Under the pieces are notes generated by a model. It was given only the letters and a program-made list of their open reading frames with translations. It was not told where the DNA came from and ran no database searches. Positions 9,898 through 18,636 of a stretch of 56,415 nucleotides of DNA are shown piece after piece (within the stretch, counting starts at the first letter, position 1; every line of letters starts with the position of its first letter). A program made the position numbers and the translations under genes. The DNA comes from Chthonomonadales bacterium (GTDB taxonomy: Bacteria; Armatimonadota; Chthonomonadetes; Chthonomonadales; Chthonomonadaceae), in the NCBI GenBank assembly GCA_038217285.1, contig JBBQPO010000003.1:1-56415 (forward strand), read 5' to 3'.

Positions 9898-10572
9898 ATG
9901 AGACCATTCGGGCGGCGTTCGGTCGCCCTGGTCGGTCTGATAGGCACGATGGCGTTCTCGCTATGCGTTGCCGCCGCCGGGTCTGCCGAAACTCAGAAGT
10001 CAACGGACGTCGAGTTGACGACCAAAGAGATCGGGCTGAAAGAGAGCGTCCTGGGCGATGTCGTCGCAGACGCCATGCGCGCGAGCGCAAAGGCGGATGT
10101 CGCGCTGATAGACGCCAGCGCGTTCGAGGAACTGGTCGGGGTGTCGAAGGGCAAGTTTGCCTCCTCCGACCTGATCAAAGCGTTGTCGTATAAGAGCGAC
10201 AATATCTTCGTGCTTAAGCTGACCGGTGAGCAGTTGCGGGCTGCTCTGGAGCATGGGCTGTTCCTCTACCCAAAGTTCAACAGCGCGTTTTTGCAGTTTT
10301 CCGGAATGACGGTGATGGTGAACCCGGACGGCGGCGCGGACAAGCATGTCCTCTCCGTAAAGGTCAATGGCGATGCCCTGGAAAATGGCAAGACCTATAC
10401 GGTCGCCATGCGGGCGCCGCTTGCCAACGGTGGCCTAGCCTACTCCAAAGTCTGGAAAAGCAGCGAGAAAAAGGATACGGGGAAGACGCTGGAGGCCGCT
10501 ATCAACGCCTATCTGAACGACCATTCCACGATCACGAAAGGTGATGAGCGGCTTGTCACTAAAGGCAAATAA
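9898..10572 (+). CDS. Secreted protein with only the 5'-nucleotidase C-terminal domain
   Basis: Signal peptide; ESVLGDVVADAMR..KADVAL, LTGEQLRAALEHG, FLQFSG, VKVNGDALENGKTYTVA; no metallophosphatase domain. Confidence 0.8.
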   Translation: MRPFGRRSVALVGLIGTMAFSLCVAAAGSAETQKSTDVELTTKEIGLKESVLGDVVADAMRASAKADVALIDASAFEELVGVSKGKFASSDLIKALSYKSDNIFVLKLTGEQLRAALEHGLFLYPKFNSAFLQFSGMTVMVNPDGGADKHVLSVKVNGDALENGKTYTVAMRAPLANGGLAYSKVWKSSEKKDTGKTLEAAINAYLNDHSTITKGDERLVTKGK

Positions 10573-11704
10573 CATTCCTTTGAGCGCTTCGCACCCCTTT
10601 CTGCGAAGTACGGGGCGGTTCCAGCGAACCGCCCTTGCCCTGTTCTGTCTGGGCCTGACAGCGGCGTTCTATTTGGGCGGCTGTCAGAGCCCTCCGCCTG
10701 TCGCTCAAGTCAGCGCCAACAGCGCCCCCATGCCTCCCGAAGGAACAACGCATACCCCGACTCCTCAAGCGGGCCGCACACACGAGGCGTTCGATGGCGA
10801 CCTCGCCTATGAGATCCTGAAAAAGCAGTGCGATTTCGGGGTGCGTCCGCTCGGCACGGCGGCCCATGAGAAGACAAAAGAGTATCTTATTGCCGAAATG
10901 AAGAGATATGCCGACTCCACCCTGACGCAGACCTTTACCTATCATGGTCTGCCGGTCACCAATGTGATCGGCGTTTTCAATCCGGCCGGGTCGGACAAGC
11001 CTTCCGCGCATCCGATTCTGCTGATGGCGCACTGGGATACGCGACCGATCGCCGATGGACCGTATTCCGCGAAGCGCTCGCCAGGCTTCCGCTATGGAGC
11101 CAACGGCTGGCAGCCGACCGCGCCCATTATGGGCGCGAACGACGCCGCCTCCGGTGTGGCGGTGCTGCTGGAGATGGCGCGTATTTTCAAGAAGCAGAAG
11201 CCTGCGGTAGGCGTTCTGCTGCTATTGGACGACGGCGAGGACTACGGCGACTTTCTGGCGAACGGCGGCAAGGGCGACGGCGTCGAGCTCGGCTCTCGCT
11301 ACTTCGCGACCCACTTCCGCGAGACGCCCGCGTTCGGCACGCCCTTCTTCGGTATTTTGCTCGATATGGTGGGTGGCAAAGGCGCCACGTTCCCGCGGGA
11401 GCGGGCGAGCCAGACGGCGGCGGCCAGCGTCAACGATAAAGTCTATGGAATCGCGAATACACTGGGCTACGGCAACGTTTTCCTCTCCAATGAGCTGCAG
11501 GACATCAACGACGACCATATCGCGATCATCGCGGAAGGCATTCCGATGATAGACCTGATCCATCCTCTGCCCAGCGGCGCGAACGACTCGAATGCCTATC
11601 ACTTCTGGCACACGCAGCAGGACACGGCGGACAAGTGCAGTCCGAAGACTCTGAAGATGGTCGGAGATGTTGTACTGGAGGTTCTCTATCGCGAAACCCC
11701 CTGA
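10541..11704 (+). CDS. M28-family peptidase / glutaminyl-cyclase-like lipoprotein
   Basis: LGGC lipobox, AHWDTRP, GANDAASGVAVLLE, DGEDYG, LLDMVG, DDH, WHTQQDT; true start probably slightly downstream. Confidence 0.85.
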   Translation: MMSGLSLKANNIPLSASHPFLRSTGRFQRTALALFCLGLTAAFYLGGCQSPPPVAQVSANSAPMPPEGTTHTPTPQAGRTHEAFDGDLAYEILKKQCDFGVRPLGTAAHEKTKEYLIAEMKRYADSTLTQTFTYHGLPVTNVIGVFNPAGSDKPSAHPILLMAHWDTRPIADGPYSAKRSPGFRYGANGWQPTAPIMGANDAASGVAVLLEMARIFKKQKPAVGVLLLLDDGEDYGDFLANGGKGDGVELGSRYFATHFRETPAFGTPFFGILLDMVGGKGATFPRERASQTAAASVNDKVYGIANTLGYGNVFLSNELQDINDDHIAIIAEGIPMIDLIHPLPSGANDSNAYHFWHTQQDTADKCSPKTLKMVGDVVLEVLYRETP

Positions 11705-11748
11705 GGTGGCGGTCGAGCGGATCTGACAGGTGGAAAGAGGGTGCGGAG

Positions 11749-12069
11749 ATGTCGAGAGAGACAGGACAGGAGGGCCAGGGCCGAACGACCCTGATTCGTG
11801 AGAACGACCTCAAAATCTGTGAGTTGTGCGGTTGGCTCAACCTGGCCGCCAATACGGAGTGCTTCGTCTGCGGCTGGCACGGACGTTTCGAACGTGACCG
11901 GGAGGTCGTCCATGCTGCCGTCGAGCTGGCGGTCCGCCGTTACGGACGCCTGGAACTACAGCATCTCACCGACCCGCGCACCTACCGCGAACCGGTGCCG
12001 CTGACCTGGCGCACCCGCCTGCCTCTGCTCTGGCAGCGTCTGCGCTCTCTCCTCCACCTGCGTCGCTAA
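11749..12069 (+). CDS. Small zinc-finger protein
   Basis: CELC...CFVC motif; ATG 11749 after a purine-rich stretch. Confidence 0.6.
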   Translation: MSRETGQEGQGRTTLIRENDLKICELCGWLNLAANTECFVCGWHGRFERDREVVHAAVELAVRRYGRLELQHLTDPRTYREPVPLTWRTRLPLLWQRLRSLLHLRR

Positions 12070-12085
12070 ACCCTTTTGCCGGCGC

Positions 12086-13078
12086 TCATTCGGGCAGGAA
12101 GACGTGGACCGGTTCGGTCTCGCGTAGGGTCTGCGCGGTGACCTCCGCATGGGTGTCGTTGATGAACGCGCCCGCTCCGGCTTCCGAACCCGCGAGGTAC
12201 TTCAGTTTGTCCGGCGTTCGGTACGGCGGATAGAACTCGATGTGGAACCGATAGTATCCGTAGTCCGCCCCATCGCTCGGCCGCTGGTGCATCAGCATGA
12301 TGTAGGGCATCGAGCGATCCCACAGATTGTTGTACTTCTCCATGACCAGTTTGAGCATCTGGGCCAGCGCTGTCCGCTCTCCCGCATCGAAATCGCAAAT
12401 CGCCGTTCGGTCGTCCCGCGCCAGGATATGCACCTCATAAGGATAGCGGGCGTAGAACGGCACCACCGCCACGAAATGCGCATTTTCCGCCACGACCCGC
12501 CGCCCATCTTTAAGCTCCTGCTCCAGCACGTCCGCGAACACGTTTCGCCCTGTGCGTTCGAAGTAGCGCCGCGCGGCGGCCACCTCCTTCTCCGGGATGG
12601 GGGGAACGAACGGGAATGCGTAGATCTGGCCGTGCGGGTGCATGAGCGTGACGCCTATCTCCCGCCCCTTGTTCTCGAAGATGTAGACGTATTTGACAAA
12701 CTCGCGCGCGCTCAGCTCCTCGAAGCGGTCGGCCCAGACATAGACCAGCTCTTCGACTTTTGTCAGCGGCAGGCGGGCCAGCTCTCCCTCGGCGTCCGGC
12801 GTGTAGCAGACGACCTCGCAGATGCCCTGCGCGGGCCGCACGGGCATCAGGTCCGTTCCCGCGACCGAGGGGTCGGCCGGCGCTTGCCGCAGCGAGGGGA
12901 ACTTGTTTTCGAACACGACGATCTCGTAGTCCGGCGCCGGGATCTCCGTGGGGAATCCTCCGGGCGCTGTCGGGGCCAGCGGATTATAACCCGGCGGCGG
13001 AAAAAAGGTGCGATCCTGCCGATGGGTCGCCGTGATGACCCACTCTTCCAGGGTAGGATTCCAGCGTAGTTCAGACAT
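12086..13078 (-). CDS. galT: Galactose-1-phosphate uridylyltransferase
   Basis: SELRWNP, FENKFP, FENKG..IGVTLMHPHGQIY (HPH active site), KYLAGSE. Confidence 0.95.
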   Translation of the reverse strand: MSELRWNPTLEEWVITATHRQDRTFFPPPGYNPLAPTAPGGFPTEIPAPDYEIVVFENKFPSLRQAPADPSVAGTDLMPVRPAQGICEVVCYTPDAEGELARLPLTKVEELVYVWADRFEELSAREFVKYVYIFENKGREIGVTLMHPHGQIYAFPFVPPIPEKEVAAARRYFERTGRNVFADVLEQELKDGRRVVAENAHFVAVVPFYARYPYEVHILARDDRTAICDFDAGERTALAQMLKLVMEKYNNLWDRSMPYIMLMHQRPSDGADYGYYRFHIEFYPPYRTPDKLKYLAGSEAGAGAFINDTHAEVTAQTLRETEPVHVFLPE

Positions 13079-13280
13079 CGGCGTTCTCCCGGCCTGCCAG
13101 TCCAGGCTGCGCGGCTCCGGTCTTCGCTCCTGCCCCGACTGTCGTCGCCGTCACCGCCGTTGCGTCCGCGGCGACCTCCGCAAACGCTTCCCGCTGCTCT
13201 ACCGACGCGCTCGCTGCATTATGGTAAAAGAGGAGATAGCGTCCGTCCTCTTTCAAGATCCGTTTCTTTTCCAGTCTCAA
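13071..13280 (-). CDS. 69-aa peptide coupled to galT (KxDGRYLLFY motif)
   Basis: TTG 13280 preceded by GGAAGG; MRLEKKRILKEDGRYLLFYHN...; stop overlaps the galT start by 8 nt. Confidence 0.55.
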   Translation of the reverse strand: MRLEKKRILKEDGRYLLFYHNAASASVEQREAFAEVAADATAVTATTVGAGAKTGAAQPGLAGRENADV

Positions 13281-13536
13281 TGCGTTTATCCTTCCATACC
13301 CCTGTCTTGGAGGCCTCCGGCACGGCACGTTCCGCACGTTCGCTCCTGCAAAACTGTCTCGCCACCCGACCCGGCAGCGCACCACGGTTGCAGAACGGAT
13401 CTCTCCTGGATCTCGGTCTTTCTATTCTGCGCGAGGCCTCTCCCTTCCTGCCTCGATCCCTTCTGGGTGGACACAATCGGAGCGCCGGGCACCTTGCAAT
13501 TATCCCTGCTCCCGCGCAAACACCCTCGCTTTCCCC

Positions 13537-13565
13537 TTGACAACTTTGCGAATTCGGTGTATATT
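13537..13565 (+). promoter_or_regulatory. Sigma70-type promoter of the tRNA pair
   Basis: TTGACA-N17-TATATT. Confidence 0.75.
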
Positions 13566-13656
13566 ATTTCCCGTAGGCGCATCGCTCGGTTTCCGACTTC
13601 CCGACACGTCGCCCGGTTCCGACGGAGGACGTGCAGGCCGCACAACCGAAGTCCAC

Positions 13657-13737
13657 GGGGAAGTGGTGGAACGGCAGACACGCTAGCCTTAGGAGCTAGT
13701 GCCGCAAGGCGTCAGGGTTCAAATCCCTGCTTCCCCA
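13657..13737 (+). tRNA. tRNA-Leu (anticodon TAG)
   Basis: Acceptor GGGGAAG/CTTCCCC, anticodon arm CTAGC-CTTAGGA-GCTAG, long variable arm GCCGCAAGGC, T-loop TTCAAAT; CCA not encoded. Confidence 0.95.
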
Positions 13738-13772
13738 TCGATATGTCGAGCGTGCATAAAGGTTCCCAATCT

Positions 13773-13844
13773 GCGGGAGTAGCTCAGTGGTAGAGCGCTA
13801 CCTTGCCAAGGTAGATGTCGCGAGTCCGAATCTCGTCTCCCGCT
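13773..13844 (+). tRNA. tRNA-Gly (anticodon GCC)
   Basis: Acceptor GCGGGAG/CTCCCGC, D arm GCTC-AGTGGTA-GAGC, anticodon arm CTACC-TTGCCAA-GGTAG; T-loop reads TCCGAAT. Confidence 0.9.
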
Positions 13845-13847
13845 TCA

Positions 13848-13883
13848 AAAACGCCTCTCATGTTCCAACATGAGAGGCGTTTT
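13848..13883. terminator. Intrinsic (likely bidirectional) terminator after the tRNAs
   Basis: AAAACGCCTCTCATGTT-CC-AACATGAGAGGCGTTTT perfect inverted repeat. Confidence 0.85.
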
Positions 13884-13993
13884 AACATCTTTCACTGTAC
13901 ACCCGAATGCATTTTTCGTGGGCATCGTACCTGTAACATCCGCCCACCGACTGCATTCATGCCACTTGTTTTCGAAATCCTATTAGGGAAAAG

Positions 13994-14024
13994 GAGGTCG
14001 GGAGACGTTGCGTCTCCCGACCTC
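13994..14024. other. Strong hairpin
   Basis: GAGGTCGGGAGACG-TTG-CGTCTCCCGACCTC (14-bp stem). Confidence 0.7.
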
Positions 14025-14026
14025 TT

Positions 14027-14054
14027 GGAACTGGTGCCCAAAATCTGCCGTTCA
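14027..14054 (+). promoter_or_regulatory. Putative ECF-sigma promoter
   Basis: GGAAC-N17-CGTTCA, upstream of the ORF at 14142. Confidence 0.45.
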
Positions 14055-14141
14055 GGGGATGTATTTGCCCTTCAATTTCCCTATAATGGTAGGATGAACG
14101 TCCACGTCAGCGGCCGAGCACCGAAAAAAGGATGCCCTACC

Positions 14142-14528
14142 TTGTTTACTCTCAGGTTCAAGTTTCAGAGCGGGGGAGACAGTCTTCTGCCGGCTGCGTT
14201 CGACTCCATTTTAAGTGACCTGGTCGCGAGCCATCCCCTTGGGTTTCCGGTCCTGCGCACCCAGGTGTACTATCCCGATGGCGATCTGGGAATCTTCCCG
14301 CCCAATGAGTTCATGGTCGAGGTTCTGGATGAGGACGCGTTGTCGGCCCTCCAGAGCTTTTTGCAGAACAGAACGAACGTCAACCAAAATAGCATCCTCC
14401 CGTGGAATTCCGCAGAGGCGATGTCGCCCGCGCAGCCGGGAATGTGGTGTTATACTTACCACGCGGGGCATCTTCGCCTCACCTCTGCCAGCGACCCTGC
14501 CCCCCTCTCTCAAACCTCCCTCTATTAG
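14142..14528 (+). CDS. Hypothetical protein
   Basis: TTG start after AAAGGA; protein-like composition in the 3' part of ORF 13815..14528. Confidence 0.5.
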   Translation: MFTLRFKFQSGGDSLLPAAFDSILSDLVASHPLGFPVLRTQVYYPDGDLGIFPPNEFMVEVLDEDALSALQSFLQNRTNVNQNSILPWNSAEAMSPAQPGMWCYTYHAGHLRLTSASDPAPLSQTSLY

Positions 14529-14707
14529 GTGTAGGCGACGGGGGGCGTTGATCGCCCTGGCGCCGGAGACCCCTGACTCCTGGGAACCTCCGACTCCCTT
14601 GTTCAAGAGCGATAGAGGGTATACTAACTCTTGATAGGAGAGCAGCGCTTTGCCGCTCTTCTCGTGGTATCCCCTTTCTTCTCGGGGCACCCGTAAGGAA
14701 ATAGTCT

Positions 14708-14974
14708 ATGTTTCCCGCCGATCCACCGCAGGCACAGAAGTCTTCAACCGAACAAGAGCTCCGCCCCGACCAGAAACGCTGCCGACGGTGCAAGTGCGTC
14801 GTCATCCTCGAACAGCAGCGCTGCCCTTTCTGTGGAAATGCGCCGTGGCTCTGGCATCCCAATTCGCGTTTTTTTATCGTTACCGTGGTGATCGCCGTTT
14901 TGCTGCTGTTCTTGCTGCCGCTTATGACCAAACACGACCGGCCGATGTCTACCCCGGTTTCCGAATCTCCGTAG
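14708..14974 (+). CDS. Small zinc-ribbon membrane protein
   Basis: AAGGA RBS, CRRC...CPFC, then a TM helix FFIVTVVIAVLLLFLLPL. Confidence 0.65.
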   Translation: MFPADPPQAQKSSTEQELRPDQKRCRRCKCVVILEQQRCPFCGNAPWLWHPNSRFFIVTVVIAVLLLFLLPLMTKHDRPMSTPVSESP

Positions 14975-14984
14975 ATACCGAGGG

Positions 14985-15662
14985 ATGCAGGATCAGGATG
15001 CATGGAGGGCCGCGTTGCATCGTACAAAAATCTTACTGGCAGACGATCATCAGATTGTGCGAGAGTGTCTTCGTGCCCTGTTGAATGCGGAGCCGGATAT
15101 AGAGGTGGTCGGTGAGATCAGCGATGGACTGGGAGTGGCCGATACCGTCGTCCGGCTGAAACCCGATGTCCTGCTGCTCGACCTCATGATGCCCGGTCTC
15201 AACGGGCTGGAAGTGACACGCCAGGTCCGGCGTCGCTCTCCCGCCGTGCGCATCCTCATTCTCTCCATGCATGCCAATGAAACCTATGTGCGGGAGGCCC
15301 TGCTCAACGGCGCTGCCGGGTATGTGGTGAAAGACGAGAGCCTGGAGACGCTGGTGGTGGCGATCCATGAAGTTGTGGCAGGCGGGCGTTATCTCTGTCC
15401 GTCTCTGCTGGCGATGCCCTACGCGACGGCAGGCGTGAATGCCGCGCAGGATCCTTACGAAACAGTGACGCAGCGCGAGCGCGAGGTGCTGCAGCTCGCC
15501 GCCGAAGGCCACACCGCGATAGGCATTGCGGAAAAGCTCTCGATCAGTCGGAAGACCGTCGAACTGCACCGCGCCCGACTCCTGGAGAAGCTCGACCTCC
15601 GAAGCCACACGGCCCTGGTCAAATATGCGATCCGCAAGGGGCTGCTTTCCGTAGAAAATTGA
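14985..15662 (+). CDS. NarL/FixJ-family response regulator (REC + LuxR HTH)
   Basis: ILLADDH, DLMMPGLNG, ILSMH, GYVVK, TQREREVLQL...ISRKTVELHRARL; no cognate kinase in the window. Confidence 0.93.
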   Translation: MQDQDAWRAALHRTKILLADDHQIVRECLRALLNAEPDIEVVGEISDGLGVADTVVRLKPDVLLLDLMMPGLNGLEVTRQVRRRSPAVRILILSMHANETYVREALLNGAAGYVVKDESLETLVVAIHEVVAGGRYLCPSLLAMPYATAGVNAAQDPYETVTQREREVLQLAAEGHTAIGIAEKLSISRKTVELHRARLLEKLDLRSHTALVKYAIRKGLLSVEN

Positions 15663-15700
15663 GCCTTTCTCAAAGTTGGGAAGGGAACTGGGGGTAGGGC

Positions 15701-16816
15701 GTGAGCGATACGGAGCCGAAACCGGCACGGCAAAACAGTCTGCGCGCGGGGGCCGAAGAGCGGCGTAAACGGATGCGTGTGCGGCTGTTGGTGGGAGCGG
15801 TGGCGGTGCTTATGATCGTCGGAGCGGCGATACGGTCTTCGTTCCAGCCGGTGGCGGAGGGACGCCCCGTCGTCAACGTGCAGGTGGAACGAGGGTATGG
15901 GGTGGCCGGCATCGGGGAGGCGCTGGCGCAGAGCGGGGTGATTCGAAGCGCACTCGCGTTTCAGGTCTATGTGCGCTGGCACGGCGCAGGCAGCAGGCTG
16001 CGGGCCGGACGCTATGCCCTGTCCGGCAGTATGAGCCTGGCCCGGATTTTGCAAACGCTGGAGCAGGGGCCGGGACACAATGGCGGAGGTCGCCTGAGCG
16101 TCACCGTACCGGAGGGCTTTACGCTGGCGCAGATCGCCGAAGCGCTGGAAGCGAAGGGTATTTGCGATGCCACGGCGTTTCGCGAATTCGCCGCCCGACC
16201 CGATTCCTGGACAGGCCCCTGGACGCGCTTCGACATCGGCTTTGCACTGCCGCACGCTACCCTGGAAGGCTATCTCTACCCCGATACCTACGACTTCCTG
16301 CCGCATACCACGCCGGAGGAGATCGCGCGAGAGATGGTGTTGAACTTTTCGCGCCGTTTCGCACGTCCCAAAGAACAGGAGATCGCCGCCAGCGGACACA
16401 GCCTGCATGAGATCGTCACATTGGCCTCGTTGATCGAGCGGGAAGCCAGGGTCGCGGCAGACCGGCCCCGCATCGCCGGTGTCCTGGAGAACCGCCTGAA
16501 GAAGGGCATGAAGTTGGAGATAGATGCCACGGTGCTGTACGCGCTGGGTCACCACAAAGACCGGGTCTACTATAAGGACCTGGAAGTAGACTCGCCCTAC
16601 AATACCTACCGCAATGCCGGGTTGCCGCCCGGACCGATCGCGAGCCCCGGCATGGCCGCACTCGAAGCCGCCCTGCATCCGGAAGCCAACGACTATCTCT
16701 ACTATGTCGCGCAAAAGAGCGGCGCCCATATATTTTCTCGCACGCTCGCCGAACACGACGCCGCCGTGCGCAAGGTCCGGGCGGAGCGCAGGCGGCAGAA
16801 GGGCGGCACACGGTGA
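15701..16816 (+). CDS. mltG: Endolytic transglycosylase MltG
   Basis: N-terminal TM, VTVPEG, LEGYLYPDTY, LASLIERE, SPYNTY...GLPPGPI. Confidence 0.93.
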   Translation: MSDTEPKPARQNSLRAGAEERRKRMRVRLLVGAVAVLMIVGAAIRSSFQPVAEGRPVVNVQVERGYGVAGIGEALAQSGVIRSALAFQVYVRWHGAGSRLRAGRYALSGSMSLARILQTLEQGPGHNGGGRLSVTVPEGFTLAQIAEALEAKGICDATAFREFAARPDSWTGPWTRFDIGFALPHATLEGYLYPDTYDFLPHTTPEEIAREMVLNFSRRFARPKEQEIAASGHSLHEIVTLASLIEREARVAADRPRIAGVLENRLKKGMKLEIDATVLYALGHHKDRVYYKDLEVDSPYNTYRNAGLPPGPIASPGMAALEAALHPEANDYLYYVAQKSGAHIFSRTLAEHDAAVRKVRAERRRQKGGTR

Positions 16817-17502
16817 GCAGCGCCCCACTCTCGTCAAACGCGCCGACGCCCGATCCGCAGCAGCCGGGCGCGGAAGAGGTCTTCGAGCAGATTCAGGAGG
16901 AGGCCGCGCATGCCTCGTCGGCCACGATCCGGGAGGTGCTGGAAGAGGCCACGCTGGGGCAGATGGTCCCGACAGCCCACCCGCCCCGCCGCGGCTGGCT
17001 CATCTTCTGCCCGCACCGCATGGTCGAATCGGTCGCGCAGGTGCAGCCGGCAGAACTGATGACACAGGGTATTCGCGGGGTGATACTCGACCTCGACAAC
17101 ACCCTCGTCCTCTGGCATCAGGAAGAGATGACCGCAGAGATTACGGCCTGGTTGGAGGAATTGAAGGCCGCGGGGTTGAAACTCTGTATTCTATCCAACT
17201 CCGTGCTGGGCAGTCGGTCGCAGCGCATCGCCGAACGTATCGGGTGCGCCTTCGTGCGGCAGGCCGCCAAGCCAAGCCGACAGGGGTTCCGCAAGGCGAT
17301 GCAGGCGATGGAGACTGATCCGGCCGTCACGGCTATCGTCGGCGACCAGATGTTTACGGATATTCTGGGCGGCAACCGCAGCGGGATCTATACGATCATG
17401 GTCAAGCCCATGCACAAACACGAGTTTCCTTATACCCGCTACGTCAGCCGCCCCCCGGAAAAACTGTTGATGGGATGGTTCAAACGCAAAGGGCATCTCT
17501 GA
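16813..17502 (+). CDS. yqeG: YqeG-family HAD IIIA phosphatase
   Basis: DLDNTL, LSN, KP, VGDQMFTDILGGNRSG. Confidence 0.88.
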   Translation: MSSAPLSSNAPTPDPQQPGAEEVFEQIQEEAAHASSATIREVLEEATLGQMVPTAHPPRRGWLIFCPHRMVESVAQVQPAELMTQGIRGVILDLDNTLVLWHQEEMTAEITAWLEELKAAGLKLCILSNSVLGSRSQRIAERIGCAFVRQAAKPSRQGFRKAMQAMETDPAVTAIVGDQMFTDILGGNRSGIYTIMVKPMHKHEFPYTRYVSRPPEKLLMGWFKRKGHL

Positions 17503-17526
17503 TCCACAGGAACAACAGAGCATTTT

Positions 17527-18432
17527 ATGGCGTCGAAGATAGATCGGGAGATTCTCCCTTTTGTGCGTGGCGATACCAGAGTGGTGGGTGTGTTCGGCTA
17601 CCCCGTTGCCCACAGCCTCTCCCCGGCAATGCACAACGCCGCGTTCGCCGCGCTTCGGCTCGCATTTATCTATATTCCGTTTCCTGTATCGCCTGACGCC
17701 CTCGGTTCCGCTATTCGCAGCCTGCCTGCGCTTGGAATCGTCGGTGTCAATCTGACTATTCCGCATAAAGAGAACGTCCTGCCGTTTCTGGACGCGATTA
17801 CCGAGGAGGCCCGCGAGGTGGGCGCGGTCAACACCGTCCACTGCCTCGACGGCCGACTGCTCGGCGACAACACCGATGGGCGCGGGTTCTATGAACCGCT
17901 GCGCGAGATGGGGGTGTCGCTGCAGGGCAGACAGGTCGTGGTGCTGGGCGCCGGTGGGGCCGCGCGATCCGTCGTTTTTCGACTCCTCCGCGAAGGGGCG
18001 AACGTCGTCCTGACGAATCGCACGCCCGAACGGGCCGAGCGACTGGCGCAGGACGCGGCAAGCGCCGGATACGGCGCCCAGATGCGAGTGGTCGGCGGAA
18101 GTGAGGCAGGGGAACTGGGGAACGCCATAGCCGGAGCGGAACTGCTTGTCCACACCACACGAGTCGGAATGCATCCCGTGACGGATGCGTTGCCGCTCGT
18201 TCCACTGGAAGCGTTTCACCCGAACCTGCTTGTCTACGATCTGGTCTATAACCCGGTCGAAACTCGTCTTATCCAGGAAGCCCGAAGAAGGGGCTGTCGT
18301 ACACTGACCGGCGTGAAGATGCTGGTCTATCAGGGAGCTGCGGCCTTCGAGCGGTGGACCGGCGTCTGGCCTCCCACCGATGTTATGGAAGCGGCCGTGC
18401 TGGAAGGACTTCAGCCACCCGATCGGGAATGA
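17527..18432 (+). CDS. aroE: Shikimate dehydrogenase
   Basis: HSLSPAMHN, NLTIPHKE, GAVNT, NTDG, GAGGAAR, YDLVYNP, MLVYQG. Confidence 0.95.
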   Translation: MASKIDREILPFVRGDTRVVGVFGYPVAHSLSPAMHNAAFAALRLAFIYIPFPVSPDALGSAIRSLPALGIVGVNLTIPHKENVLPFLDAITEEAREVGAVNTVHCLDGRLLGDNTDGRGFYEPLREMGVSLQGRQVVVLGAGGAARSVVFRLLREGANVVLTNRTPERAERLAQDAASAGYGAQMRVVGGSEAGELGNAIAGAELLVHTTRVGMHPVTDALPLVPLEAFHPNLLVYDLVYNPVETRLIQEARRRGCRTLTGVKMLVYQGAAAFERWTGVWPPTDVMEAAVLEGLQPPDRE

Positions 18433-18518
18433 GAGAGGAAGAACTTCTCTGCACCCTACGGTCGGCTGCGGAATTTCCTGAGGGGGAACCCGGTGATCCC
18501 CGGTTTTCTACGCATCGC

Positions 18519-18547
18519 TTGCAACAATCAGGACACTGTGTTATAAT
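18519..18547 (+). promoter_or_regulatory. Sigma70-type promoter for pilB
   Basis: TTGCAA-N17-TATAAT with a TGn extension. Confidence 0.75.
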
Positions 18548-18636
18548 CGGGCGTTCGAACGAGATGTAATCGACGTTCATGCGCTGCAAGACTGCCCGGA
18601 CTCGCTAATCGAGATAAAAGAGGTGGAGACACTCAC

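Noticed and set aside
13657-14100. tRNA-anchored genomic island
   Set aside because: No integrase and no duplicated tRNA 3' end noticed; housekeeping genes follow
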